This document shows positions 9,706 through 16,865 of a stretch of DNA of 64,000 nt, one piece after another (position 1 is the stretch's first letter; each line of letters starts with the position of its first letter). Below the pieces are notes generated by a model. The model was not told the DNA's origin, did no database searches, and worked only from the letters and a program-made list of their open reading frames with translations. The DNA is from an uncultured Eubacteriales bacterium (GTDB lineage: Bacteria; Bacillota; Clostridia; Christensenellales; CAG-917): positions 7,816 through 71,815 of the forward strand of contig URIZ01000006.1 in the NCBI GenBank assembly GCA_900548005.1. Reading direction: 5' to 3'. Both the position numbers and the translations under genes were made by a program.

Positions 9706-10287
9706 TAGTAAATATTTTTTTTGCAACTTCATTCTTCTGCGCCATATAGTCGTGCGGTTGACGTTCATAAGTTGTGTGACTTCGAGATAAGTCAATCCCG
9801 ACATATAGGCGCAAAGAACGTCATATTCGCCTTGCGTCAAATTCATTCTTTTTATGAGTGCGTCAACGGCGGTATAATCGTTGTTGGATTCATCGTCGAT
9901 AAAAGTTATGTGCGACGACGCAACGCTGTCGTTTATGACGGTTGTGTGCTCCAAATGGCGAGTGAATTGCTTGTCTAAGTATCTATCCGTAAACCGGAAG
10001 CACGCTTGCTTAATCGATATAATGTTTCCACGAGTAGTTGTATAAGTGTCGCCAAGCCTTTTGCCTATGTGTTCGCAAAGGAAAAGTATTGCGGTTTGCG
10101 CTATGTCATATCCGTCCGAGTATTCGGCAAGAGAATCGTTTGATTTATTACAATCTTTGATAAGTCCGTCATAAAGACGATATAAGTCTTTGCCCGAACG
10201 GCACATAACGGTTCTTATAGTAAGCAACGCTATCAATTCGCCGATTTTCTTAATGTTGTCGGCGGCTATAACAACGTCATCGCCCAA
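9610..10287 (-). CDS. Sigma-70 region-4-like HTH protein (resembles Tn916 Orf7-type element regulators)
   Basis: C-terminal LTQGEYDVLCAYMSGLTYLEVTQLMNVNRTTIWRRRMKLQKKY looks like a sigma region 4 / LuxR-type HTH. The last ~30 codons run antisense into the methyltransferase fragment, so the native C-terminus is probably lost. The start (TTG) is uncertain. Confidence 0.4.
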   Translation of the reverse strand: MGDDVVIAADNIKKIGELIALLTIRTVMCRSGKDLYRLYDGLIKDCNKSNDSLAEYSDGYDIAQTAILFLCEHIGKRLGDTYTTTRGNIISIKQACFRFTDRYLDKQFTRHLEHTTVINDSVASSHITFIDDESNNDYTAVDALIKRMNLTQGEYDVLCAYMSGLTYLEVTQLMNVNRTTIWRRRMKLQKKYLLSTNVYKYRNSLIFNHHISKLIQCTSSTSHPS

Positions 10288-10532
10288 TATGTATTGTTCT
10301 TTCGCAACGATTTTGATTTGTGCTTGAGTGTCATTATACTTAAAATTTCATTAGCCGAAAACTCGAGCGCAAAATTGTCCCTTAATTCAATCACAATCTC
10401 CTGAATGGTCATGCCGTCGCCATAATGCTCGCGTAAAACTTCCGTTATCAATCTTTTGAGCTTGTTTTTAAATGTTGTTGACTGATTATCATTTAGAATT
10501 AGTGATAAGCGAAGAAAATCTTTTTTTTCCAT
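10266..10532 (-). CDS. Small hypothetical protein (88 aa), first gene of the element-remnant operon
   Basis: ATG is preceded by GGGGAG 4 nt upstream. The ORF overlaps the next ORF by 22 nt. No motif recognised. Confidence 0.45.
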   Translation of the reverse strand: MEKKDFLRLSLILNDNQSTTFKNKLKRLITEVLREHYGDGMTIQEIVIELRDNFALEFSANEILSIMTLKHKSKSLRKNNTYWAMTLL

Positions 10533-10843
10533 AAATCTCCCCTTCTTGCGTATTTTTTTTATTATAAATCAAAAATTATTATTTTTCAATGTTTTTCCTT
10601 TTTTAGTGCTTTTTTTTAACGATCTATCATTACCTCGCTCGTCAATTATAGTGTTTAAATCCGAAAAAATATAATTGATATACTTGTAATGTTGGATTAG
10701 AGCCTTATTCTGATTTGCAACTATGTATTTTTTTCCCTTCATAATAAAAATATATGTTTGCGTTTGATAAAAAACAACGACATATTTATTTGTAAAATAT
10801 CTATCATTTTAAAAATAAGATTTATGCAAAATAATCCAAGAGA

Positions 10844-10877
10844 ATAAAAAACCAATCCGCCACCGGTGCGGATTGGT
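10844..10877 (-). terminator. Rho-independent terminator directly after the tRNA-end copy
   Basis: ACCAATCCGC-CACCGGT-GCGGATTGGT hairpin (10851-10877). On the minus strand it is followed by UUUUUAUU. Confidence 0.55.
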
Positions 10878-10881
10878 AAAA

Positions 10882-10904
10882 TGTGGTGGAGATAAGGGGA
10901 TTCG
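10882..10904. repeat. Exact 23-bp copy of the tRNA-Ala 3' end (att-core-like direct repeat)
   Basis: TGTGGTGGAGATAAGGGGATTCG at 10882-10904 matches 11192-11214 at 23/23 positions. Identity begins in the T-loop and runs through CCA plus 2 nt. Confidence 0.95.
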
Positions 10905-11159
10905 TAGGAAGCGACCTGGACGCTTCCGTAATAGCGAAGAGAGTGAACTTGTTCACTTCTCTGAGCGTCTACGCTCAACAAATCGTGCTTTGCACTGCGC
11001 CTTTCGCGGACACTTCGTGTCTGATTTGTTGGCTATGAAACTGCACTCGATGTCCGCAAATGCTACGCGCTTGCGTCTCTCTTCGTTTGTTATCAGCCCG
11101 AAGGGGTTCATGTTGCAAAGCAACACCACGATGAAATCGTGGGAATCCCCTATCCCACA
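10882..11159 (-). ncRNA. Candidate tRNA-Ala-end-mimicking structured RNA or miniature element (unclassified)
   Basis: On the minus strand, 5' GGGAUAGGGGAUUC pairs with 3' GAAUCCCCUUAUCUCC-ACCA (14 bp, two 1-nt bulges, G3.U70 kept). There are at least 6 internal hairpins and a 9-bp long-range helix CAACAAAUC/GAUUUGUUG. It has its own downstream terminator. No ORF has an RBS. Confidence 0.35.
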
Positions 11160-11160
11160 T

Positions 11161-11192
11161 AAAAAAATATCGTACATTTGTACGATATTTTT
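11161..11192 (-). terminator. Rho-independent terminator of tRNA-Ala
   Basis: Stem ATATCGTAC/GTACGATAT with loop ATTT. On the minus strand it is followed by U7. It starts 2 nt after the tRNA CCA. Confidence 0.7.
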
Positions 11193-11214
11193 GTGGTGGA
11201 GATAAGGGGATTCG
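11192..11214. repeat. tRNA-proximal copy of the 23-bp direct repeat
   Basis: Identical to 10882-10904. Overlaps the tRNA-Ala T-loop through CCA. Confidence 0.95.
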
Positions 11215-11269
11215 AACCCCTGACCTTCGCATTGCGAACGCGACGCTCTACCAACTGAGCCATATCCCC
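11194..11269 (-). tRNA. tRNA-Ala (anticodon CGC), CCA encoded
   Basis: Hand-folded cloverleaf: GGGGAUA UG GCUC AGUUGGUA GAGC G UCGCG UUCGCAA UGCGA AGGUC AGGGG UUCGAAU CCCCU UAUCUCC A CCA. G3:U70 identity pair present. 76 nt. Confidence 0.93.
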
Positions 11270-11314
11270 ACGAATTTCGCGGCTGTGACAGCCTGTGATT
11301 TTCGCTTGCTTGGT

Positions 11315-11342
11315 TATTATATCACATTATGCGATTTTGGCA
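11315..11342 (-). promoter_or_regulatory. Candidate sigma-70 promoter for tRNA-Ala
   Basis: Minus strand reads TTGCCA, 16-nt spacer, TGA-TATAAT (extended -10), about 45 nt upstream of the tRNA 5' end. Confidence 0.45.
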
Positions 11343-11393
11343 ACGGAATTTAAGCAAAAAAATAATTTCGCGCCACTTTTTCTATGCAATTCG

Positions 11394-12422
11394 TCATTTG
11401 AGCGGAACGGTTGCTTTGGCATCGAGGGACAAATCGCTCTCTTGCATGCCGCTTTTGATCATAAAGCAAGCCGCCGCACCGATCATAGCAGCGTTGTCGG
11501 TGCAATATTTCAGTTTTGGATAATGCACTTCCGCGCCGTGTTTTGCAAGATCGTCGAAACGCGCGCGCAATTCTTCGTTTGCACTGACGCCGCCTGCGAC
11601 GGCGATTTTGCGTATTCCGGTGCGCTCGATTGCGATTTTGAGCGTATCCACGAGTTGCGCCGTTGCGGATTTTTGAAAACTTGCCGCCACGTCCGCTTTG
11701 GAAATCTCCTGCCCTTTCTGTTGGAGATTGTGCACGAGATTGATGACGTACGTTTTCAAGCCGCTATAACTGAAATACAACTCGTCCTTTTCCGAAAAGT
11801 GCGGTTTTGGCATATCGAAGACCGCGTTGCCTTCCTTGGCGAGTTTTTGGATTTCAGGGCCGCCGGGATATGGCAAACCGAGCACTCTTGCCACCTTGTC
11901 GAAGGCTTCTCCGCACGCGTCGTCTCGGCTTTGAGCGACAAGCTGAAGATGCTCATAGTCAAGCACCTTGACGATTGCGGTGTGTCCGCCGCTTGCGAGC
12001 AAGCAAAGATACGGCGGTTCGAGCGTGGAATCGATATAGTTTGCGGCGATATGTCCTTTGACGTGCGATACGGCAAACAAAGGCTTGCCCCACGCATACG
12101 CGAGCGATTTTGCAAAGTTCACTCCCACAAGCAACGCTCCGAGCAACCCCGCGCCGTAGGTGACGGCAACGGCGTCGATGTCGTCCTTGGTCATATTTGC
12201 CTTTTCAAGCGCTTCTTTGACGACGTTTTCGATTGCGAGCGTGTGATTTCTGCTTGCAATCTCGGGCACAACGCCGCCGAAACGTCTGTGTATCTCGATT
12301 TGCGTTGCCACAACGTTTGATACGACTTCTCTGCCGTTTCTCACGATTGCGCAAGCGGTCTCGTCACAGCTCGACTCGATGGCGAGCACCGTCAAATTTT
12401 CTTTGTTTTGCAAACTATTCAT
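11394..12422 (-). CDS. tsaD: tRNA N6-adenosine threonylcarbamoyltransferase
   Basis: The track ORF runs to 12602, but its first 60 codons are Arg-rich junk overlapping prfB. I start at ATG 12420-12422 (MNSLQNKENLTVLAIESSCDETACAIV...), a typical TsaD/Kae1 N-terminus. Confidence 0.9.
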   Translation of the reverse strand: MNSLQNKENLTVLAIESSCDETACAIVRNGREVVSNVVATQIEIHRRFGGVVPEIASRNHTLAIENVVKEALEKANMTKDDIDAVAVTYGAGLLGALLVGVNFAKSLAYAWGKPLFAVSHVKGHIAANYIDSTLEPPYLCLLASGGHTAIVKVLDYEHLQLVAQSRDDACGEAFDKVARVLGLPYPGGPEIQKLAKEGNAVFDMPKPHFSEKDELYFSYSGLKTYVINLVHNLQQKGQEISKADVAASFQKSATAQLVDTLKIAIERTGIRKIAVAGGVSANEELRARFDDLAKHGAEVHYPKLKYCTDNAAMIGAAACFMIKSGMQESDLSLDAKATVPLK

Positions 12423-12445
12423 AGCCTTTTTACGCCTGTTTTGCC

Positions 12446-13555
12446 TTATTTTTGAATGGACGAAAGTTTGAGATATTCGTTGATAAACCCGTCCAAATCG
12501 CCGTCCATAACCGCCTGTACGTTGCCGGTTTCGTAGTTTGTGCGGTGATCCTTGACCATGGTGTAGGGGCAGAACACGTACGAGCGAATTTGGCTGCCCC
12601 ACTCGATTTTTTTGAGCTGACCGCTGATTTGCGCCGCCTCTTCTTCACGCTCGCGCTCACGCTTTTCGATGAGTTTTGAGCGGAGCATTTGCATTGCGAC
12701 TTCGCGGTTTTGGATCTGACTTCTTTCGTTTTGACACGCAACGATGATGCCTGTCGGGATGTGGGTTATGCGAATTGCGCTCTCTGTTTTGTTGACGTGC
12801 TGACCGCCTGCGCCCGACGAGCGATAGGTGTCCACTTTGAGATCTTCGGGGCGAATCTCGATTTCCGCCGTGTCGATGATCTCTGGCATAACTTCAAGGG
12901 ACGCAAAAGACGTATGTCTTCTTGCGTTTGCATCAAACGGCGAAATACGCACAAGTCTATGCACGCCTTTTTCCGCTTTGAGATATCCGTATGCGTTGTC
13001 GCCTTCCACCCTGAAAGTGACGGATTTTACGCCTGCCTCGTCGCCTGCGAGATAATCGAGCTCGGTGCAAGTCCAGCCCGTACGCTCGCAATAGCGCGTG
13101 TACATTCTATACAGCATGGAGCACCAGTCTTGCGCCTCCGTTCCGCCTGCGCCCGCGTGCAAAGTGAGTATTGCGTTGAGCGAATCGTATTTGCCGCTGA
13201 GCAGCGTTGCAAGCGAAAGGCTCTCCACCGCCTCGCCCAGATCGTGCACCGTCGTCAACAATTTCTCGTCTTCGGTTTCATCGCCTTCGAGCTCTATGAT
13301 ATCCACGGTGTCGATTGCATCGTCAATGCGCGCAATCATCTTCTCGAACTTGTCGATTTTGCCTTGGAGTTGACTTATCTCGCGGCTGACTTTTTTTGCG
13401 TTGTCGGTATCGTTCCAAAATCCGTCCGCATTCTGCTCTTTTTCAAGCTCTGCGATTCTTTGGCGCATTTTGTCGGGATTTATGGACTCGTAAGCGCGCA
13501 CCATTTCGGTGCGCATCTTGCTAAGTTGGTTTCTCGGTTCGTTGTAATCTAACAT
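12446..13555 (-). CDS. prfB: Peptide chain release factor 2 (single uninterrupted frame)
   Basis: 369-aa ORF with the SPF tripeptide (RISPFDANARRHTSF) and GGQ (SGAGGQHVNKTES). Confidence 0.93.
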   Translation of the reverse strand: MLDYNEPRNQLSKMRTEMVRAYESINPDKMRQRIAELEKEQNADGFWNDTDNAKKVSREISQLQGKIDKFEKMIARIDDAIDTVDIIELEGDETEDEKLLTTVHDLGEAVESLSLATLLSGKYDSLNAILTLHAGAGGTEAQDWCSMLYRMYTRYCERTGWTCTELDYLAGDEAGVKSVTFRVEGDNAYGYLKAEKGVHRLVRISPFDANARRHTSFASLEVMPEIIDTAEIEIRPEDLKVDTYRSSGAGGQHVNKTESAIRITHIPTGIIVACQNERSQIQNREVAMQMLRSKLIEKREREREEEAAQISGQLKKIEWGSQIRSYVFCPYTMVKDHRTNYETGNVQAVMDGDLDGFINEYLKLSSIQK

Positions 13556-13640
13556 ATATTCCTGCCTGTCGTAATTGCGTTTTGCTGCCGATACAGCGGT
13601 TTTATCTTGCGGTTTTTATTCGATAAACGTTCGATTTGGT

Positions 13641-16301
13641 TTATTGATTCTTTCCGCAACAATTCTTGTATTTGAGACCGCTGCCGCACGGACAAGGATC
13701 GTTTCTGCCCACTTTCTTTTGTTGAGCGACGCTCTTTTGGGCGGTTGCGATGTTTTGTCTTACTTCGGCTTTTGAGCCGTCTTCTCTCTTTTCCACGTGG
13801 ATTTTGAGAAGGATGGACGCCGTCTCTGAGTGTATTCTCGACACCATGTCTTCAAACATATCCCAGCCTTCTTGGCGGTATGCGATGACGGGATCTCTTT
13901 GTCCGTAGCCGCGAAGTCCGATGCCTCGGCGCAGTGCGTCCATGGCGTCGATATGTTCCATCCACTTGGAGTCAACGGTCTTGAGCAGCACCACTCTTTC
14001 AAGCTCTTTGAAGTCAAAGCCTTCCTTTTCGAGAGCGTCCACTTTGTCATTGTAGTCCTTGTTGGCGATCTTGAGCACCGCTTCTTTGAGCTTGTACACA
14101 TCGTAGCAAGAGCAAAGTTCGGGCGTCATAAGATTTGTGCCTTGGGGGATCATTTTCTTTTCCAGAGCAGTGTTGAACGCCTGATAATCCCACGTCTGAT
14201 AGTCCGTCTTGTAGTCGGCATAGTAGCCGATGATTTCTTCTGCAAGGTCGTCTATCATGTCCATGATTTGCTCGTGAACGTCCATGCCGTCAAGCACTTT
14301 GCCGCGCTCTTTGTAGATAAGTTCGCGCTGAGCGTTCATCACGTCGTCATAGCTCAACACTTGTTTTCTTATGGAGTAGTTTCTGCCTTCGACAAGACGT
14401 TGCGCCTTTTCGATTTGCTTTGTGATGATGCCGTTTGAGATAGGCACGTCGTCGCCGAGATTCATAGCCTCGGCAATGGTTTTCATTCTGTCACCGCCGA
14501 AAATACGCGCGATGTCGTCTTCCATTGAGATGTAGAACACCGTGCTGCCCGGATCGCCCTGACGACCGCTACGGCCACGCAACTGGTTGTCTATACGGCG
14601 GCTTTCGTGACGTTCCGTGCCGATGATTCTCAAGCCTCCCAATTCCGCCACCTTTGCTTTTTCTTCATCACAAATGGCTTTGAATGCTTCGTAGTGGTGC
14701 TTGTACACTTCCTTTGCGGCGATGATTTCGGGATCTTGGCTTGCGTGCGGAGAAGATGCAAGCTCGATGACTTCAAGCGGATAACCGTTCTTTTCCATCT
14801 TTTGCTTGGCTTGGAATTCCGCATTGCCGCCCAGCATAATATCCGTTCCGCGACCTGCCATGTTCGTTGCGATAGTCACGGCGTTGAGCCTGCCCGCTTG
14901 AGCGATGATCTCGGACTCTTGCTTGTGGAATTTTGCGTTCAACACGTTGTGAGCAATGCCCTTTCTCTTCAAAATATTGCTGAGTTCTTCGCTCTTTTCA
15001 ACGCTTATCGTGCCCACGAGAATTGGTTGTCCCGTTGCGTGATGATCGATGATATCTTGCACGATTGCGGTGATTTTGCCGCTGACTTTGGTGTAGATTT
15101 GGTCGTGTTCGTCCACTCTTCTTGACGGTCTGTTGGGCGGAATGGTGACAACGTCAAGGCGATAGATGCCTTCAAACTCGTCTTCTTCGGTCTTTGCCGT
15201 GCCCGTCATACCCGAGAGTTTCTTGTACATGCGGAAGAAGTTTTGGAAAGTGATTGTCGCAAGCGTCTTGTTTTCGCTTCTTATGGCAACGTGTTCTTTT
15301 GCTTCGATCGCCTGATGCAAGCCTTCGTTGTAGCGGCGGCCGATCATGATACGTCCCGTAAACTCGTCAACGATAAGCACTTCGCCGTCACTGACGATAT
15401 AGTCCTTGTCGCGTTTCATCATAAAGTGCGCTTTCAACGCCGCTTGAATGTGGTGATACAAGTCGGTATTTTCAAGGTCGGTGAGATTGACGACGTGGAA
15501 GAATCTTTCCGCTTTCTCAACGCCTTGGTCGGTGAGCATAATTGATTTTTCCTTTTCGTCAATGGTGAAATCGTCACCTTCTCTGCATTGGCGAGCAAAG
15601 TTGTCCGCGCTCTTGTACAGCTCGCTCGACTTGCCGCCCCTTCCCGATATAATAAGCGGAGTTCTTGCCTCGTCGATGAGAATGGAGTCCACCTCGTCGA
15701 TGATTGCAAAATTCAGCTCGCGTTGCACCTTGTCTTGCTTTCTGACCACCATATTGTCGCGAAGGAAGTCGAACCCAAGCTCGTTGTTGGTGCAATAGGT
15801 TATGTCGCTCTCATACGCCTTGCGCTTGTCTTCCGAGCTCATCCCCGGCACGACAACGCCAACCGTAAGCCCCAAAAACTTGTAGAGCTTTCCCATCCAC
15901 GCCGCGTCACGAGTGGCAAGATAGTCGTTGACGGTGACAACATGCACACCCTTGCCCGTAAGCGCGTTGAGATACGCGGGCAGTGTTGCCACAAGCGTCT
16001 TGCCCTCACCTGTGCCCATCTCGGCGATACGACCTTGATGCAAAGCGATGCCGCCGAGTATCTGCACGTGGAAGTGGCGCATACCAAGCACTCTTTCGGC
16101 AGCTTCTCTCACAAGCGCGTATGCGTCGGGGAGAATATGATCGAGATCTTCGCCGTTTGCAAGCCTGTCTTTCAGCACCGCGGTTTGCGCAACGAGAGTG
16201 TTGTCGTCCATATCCGCATAGACGGGAGCGAGAGCCTCAACCTTTGCGGCTATCTTTTCAATTTTCTTGATTTTGAATTTGTTTTCGTTAAAAAGCGACA
16301 T
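13641..16301 (-). CDS. secA: Preprotein translocase ATPase SecA
   Basis: 886-aa ORF with Walker A MGTGEGKTLVATLPAYLNAL, DEVD box (IIDEVDSILIDEARTPLIISG) and a C-terminal zinc finger CPCGSGLKYKNCCG. Confidence 0.97.
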   Translation of the reverse strand: MSLFNENKFKIKKIEKIAAKVEALAPVYADMDDNTLVAQTAVLKDRLANGEDLDHILPDAYALVREAAERVLGMRHFHVQILGGIALHQGRIAEMGTGEGKTLVATLPAYLNALTGKGVHVVTVNDYLATRDAAWMGKLYKFLGLTVGVVVPGMSSEDKRKAYESDITYCTNNELGFDFLRDNMVVRKQDKVQRELNFAIIDEVDSILIDEARTPLIISGRGGKSSELYKSADNFARQCREGDDFTIDEKEKSIMLTDQGVEKAERFFHVVNLTDLENTDLYHHIQAALKAHFMMKRDKDYIVSDGEVLIVDEFTGRIMIGRRYNEGLHQAIEAKEHVAIRSENKTLATITFQNFFRMYKKLSGMTGTAKTEEDEFEGIYRLDVVTIPPNRPSRRVDEHDQIYTKVSGKITAIVQDIIDHHATGQPILVGTISVEKSEELSNILKRKGIAHNVLNAKFHKQESEIIAQAGRLNAVTIATNMAGRGTDIMLGGNAEFQAKQKMEKNGYPLEVIELASSPHASQDPEIIAAKEVYKHHYEAFKAICDEEKAKVAELGGLRIIGTERHESRRIDNQLRGRSGRQGDPGSTVFYISMEDDIARIFGGDRMKTIAEAMNLGDDVPISNGIITKQIEKAQRLVEGRNYSIRKQVLSYDDVMNAQRELIYKERGKVLDGMDVHEQIMDMIDDLAEEIIGYYADYKTDYQTWDYQAFNTALEKKMIPQGTNLMTPELCSCYDVYKLKEAVLKIANKDYNDKVDALEKEGFDFKELERVVLLKTVDSKWMEHIDAMDALRRGIGLRGYGQRDPVIAYRQEGWDMFEDMVSRIHSETASILLKIHVEKREDGSKAEVRQNIATAQKSVAQQKKVGRNDPCPCGSGLKYKNCCGKNQ

Positions 16302-16366
16302 ATTTCACCTTTCTATATTCGCCATAAGGCGCATGCGCCTGCGCGCACGATTTTTTTCGATTTACT

Positions 16367-16395
16367 ATTATACACTATATCGGTGTATATTTCAA
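16367..16395 (-). promoter_or_regulatory. Candidate sigma-70 promoter of secA
   Basis: Minus strand reads TTGAAA, 17 nt, TATAAT, about 65 nt upstream of the secA ATG. Confidence 0.5.
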
Positions 16396-16489
16396 CAAAG
16401 TTTTCACACCCGACAAGTTTTTATAAGTTCTCGGTTCTACAAGGTTATACATGTAAAACTTAAATGCAACTTTCCCCTTTCCTCAGGTG

Positions 16490-16865
16490 TTTTCCCTATC
16501 ACCGTTCCCCCTTGCAAGGGAACCCACGGTGACCGCGTGGCGGGGGACAACACTCAGCACTCGCATAGATAGGTATCGTTCTCTTATTATGCCACCACGC
16601 TTTGTGCGCCAGGCAGTAGCCAACAACACGGCGCAGTCGCTCGTACAAATCGTTAAGCTCGGCGTTCGATACGGTCGCCGCCGTTGCGGCTCCAATTCCG
16701 TCTTCAAATAAGCACATTCCGTTTATAAGTACGCCCTGAATAAGTTTTCGTTTCGGGCGCAACCCAAAAACTTTGTCATTGCGAGCTTGCGTGGCAATCT
16801 CGTGGAAACGGAACGACAAAATTTTTCTGCGCCCGCGCCACAATTATTCATTATTAATTATTAAT
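16490..16865 (-). ncRNA. Conserved structured non-coding element, copy A (possible raiA-motif-like RNA; unverified)
   Basis: Long sequence blocks are shared with 50381-50715 on the other strand. Helices between blocks are kept by different sequences. A nested hairpin is GGGCGCA...TGCGCCC. No credible ORF. It lies directly 3' of comFC and upstream of the secA promoter. Strand is inferred from the comFC direction and one U.G pair that would be C.A on the other strand. Confidence 0.5.

Larger units (their letters stand above)
9013..10881. mobile_element. Decayed AT-rich integrative/conjugative-element remnant next to tRNA-Ala
   Basis: The region is AT-rich compared with its flanks. It contains a truncated DNA methyltransferase, a Tn916-Orf7-like sigma/HTH gene and a small upstream ORF. 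It abuts the 23-bp copy of the tRNA-Ala 3' end. No integrase is present. The left boundary is uncertain. Confidence 0.4.

Noticed and set aside
10882-11159. tmRNA (ssrA) identity for the tRNA-Ala-end-bearing element. The 3' end ...UCUCCACCA, a G3.U70-compatible helix, a GGAUUC-like 5' segment and its own terminator all prompted this idea.
   Set aside because: - No local T-arm hairpin precedes the 3' strand: the 5 nt before the T-loop-like ACGAAU cannot pair with CCCCU.
- At ~280 nt it is shorter than typical bacterial tmRNAs.
- No frame yields a tag ORF ending in the usual hydrophobic Ala-rich C-terminus. The best candidate is QTKRDASA*.

ARAGORN or cmscan should still be run.
10953-11232. 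Track ORFs 10953-11177 and 10975-11232 (minus strand) run across the structured element, and the second also covers part of the tRNA-Ala gene. They include an internal ATG giving a 52-aa peptide MNPFGLITNEERRKRVAFADIECSF...
   Set aside because: No SD precedes any start. One ORF reads through the tRNA 3' end and its terminator. The sequence is a chain of hairpins, so non-coding is the simpler reading.
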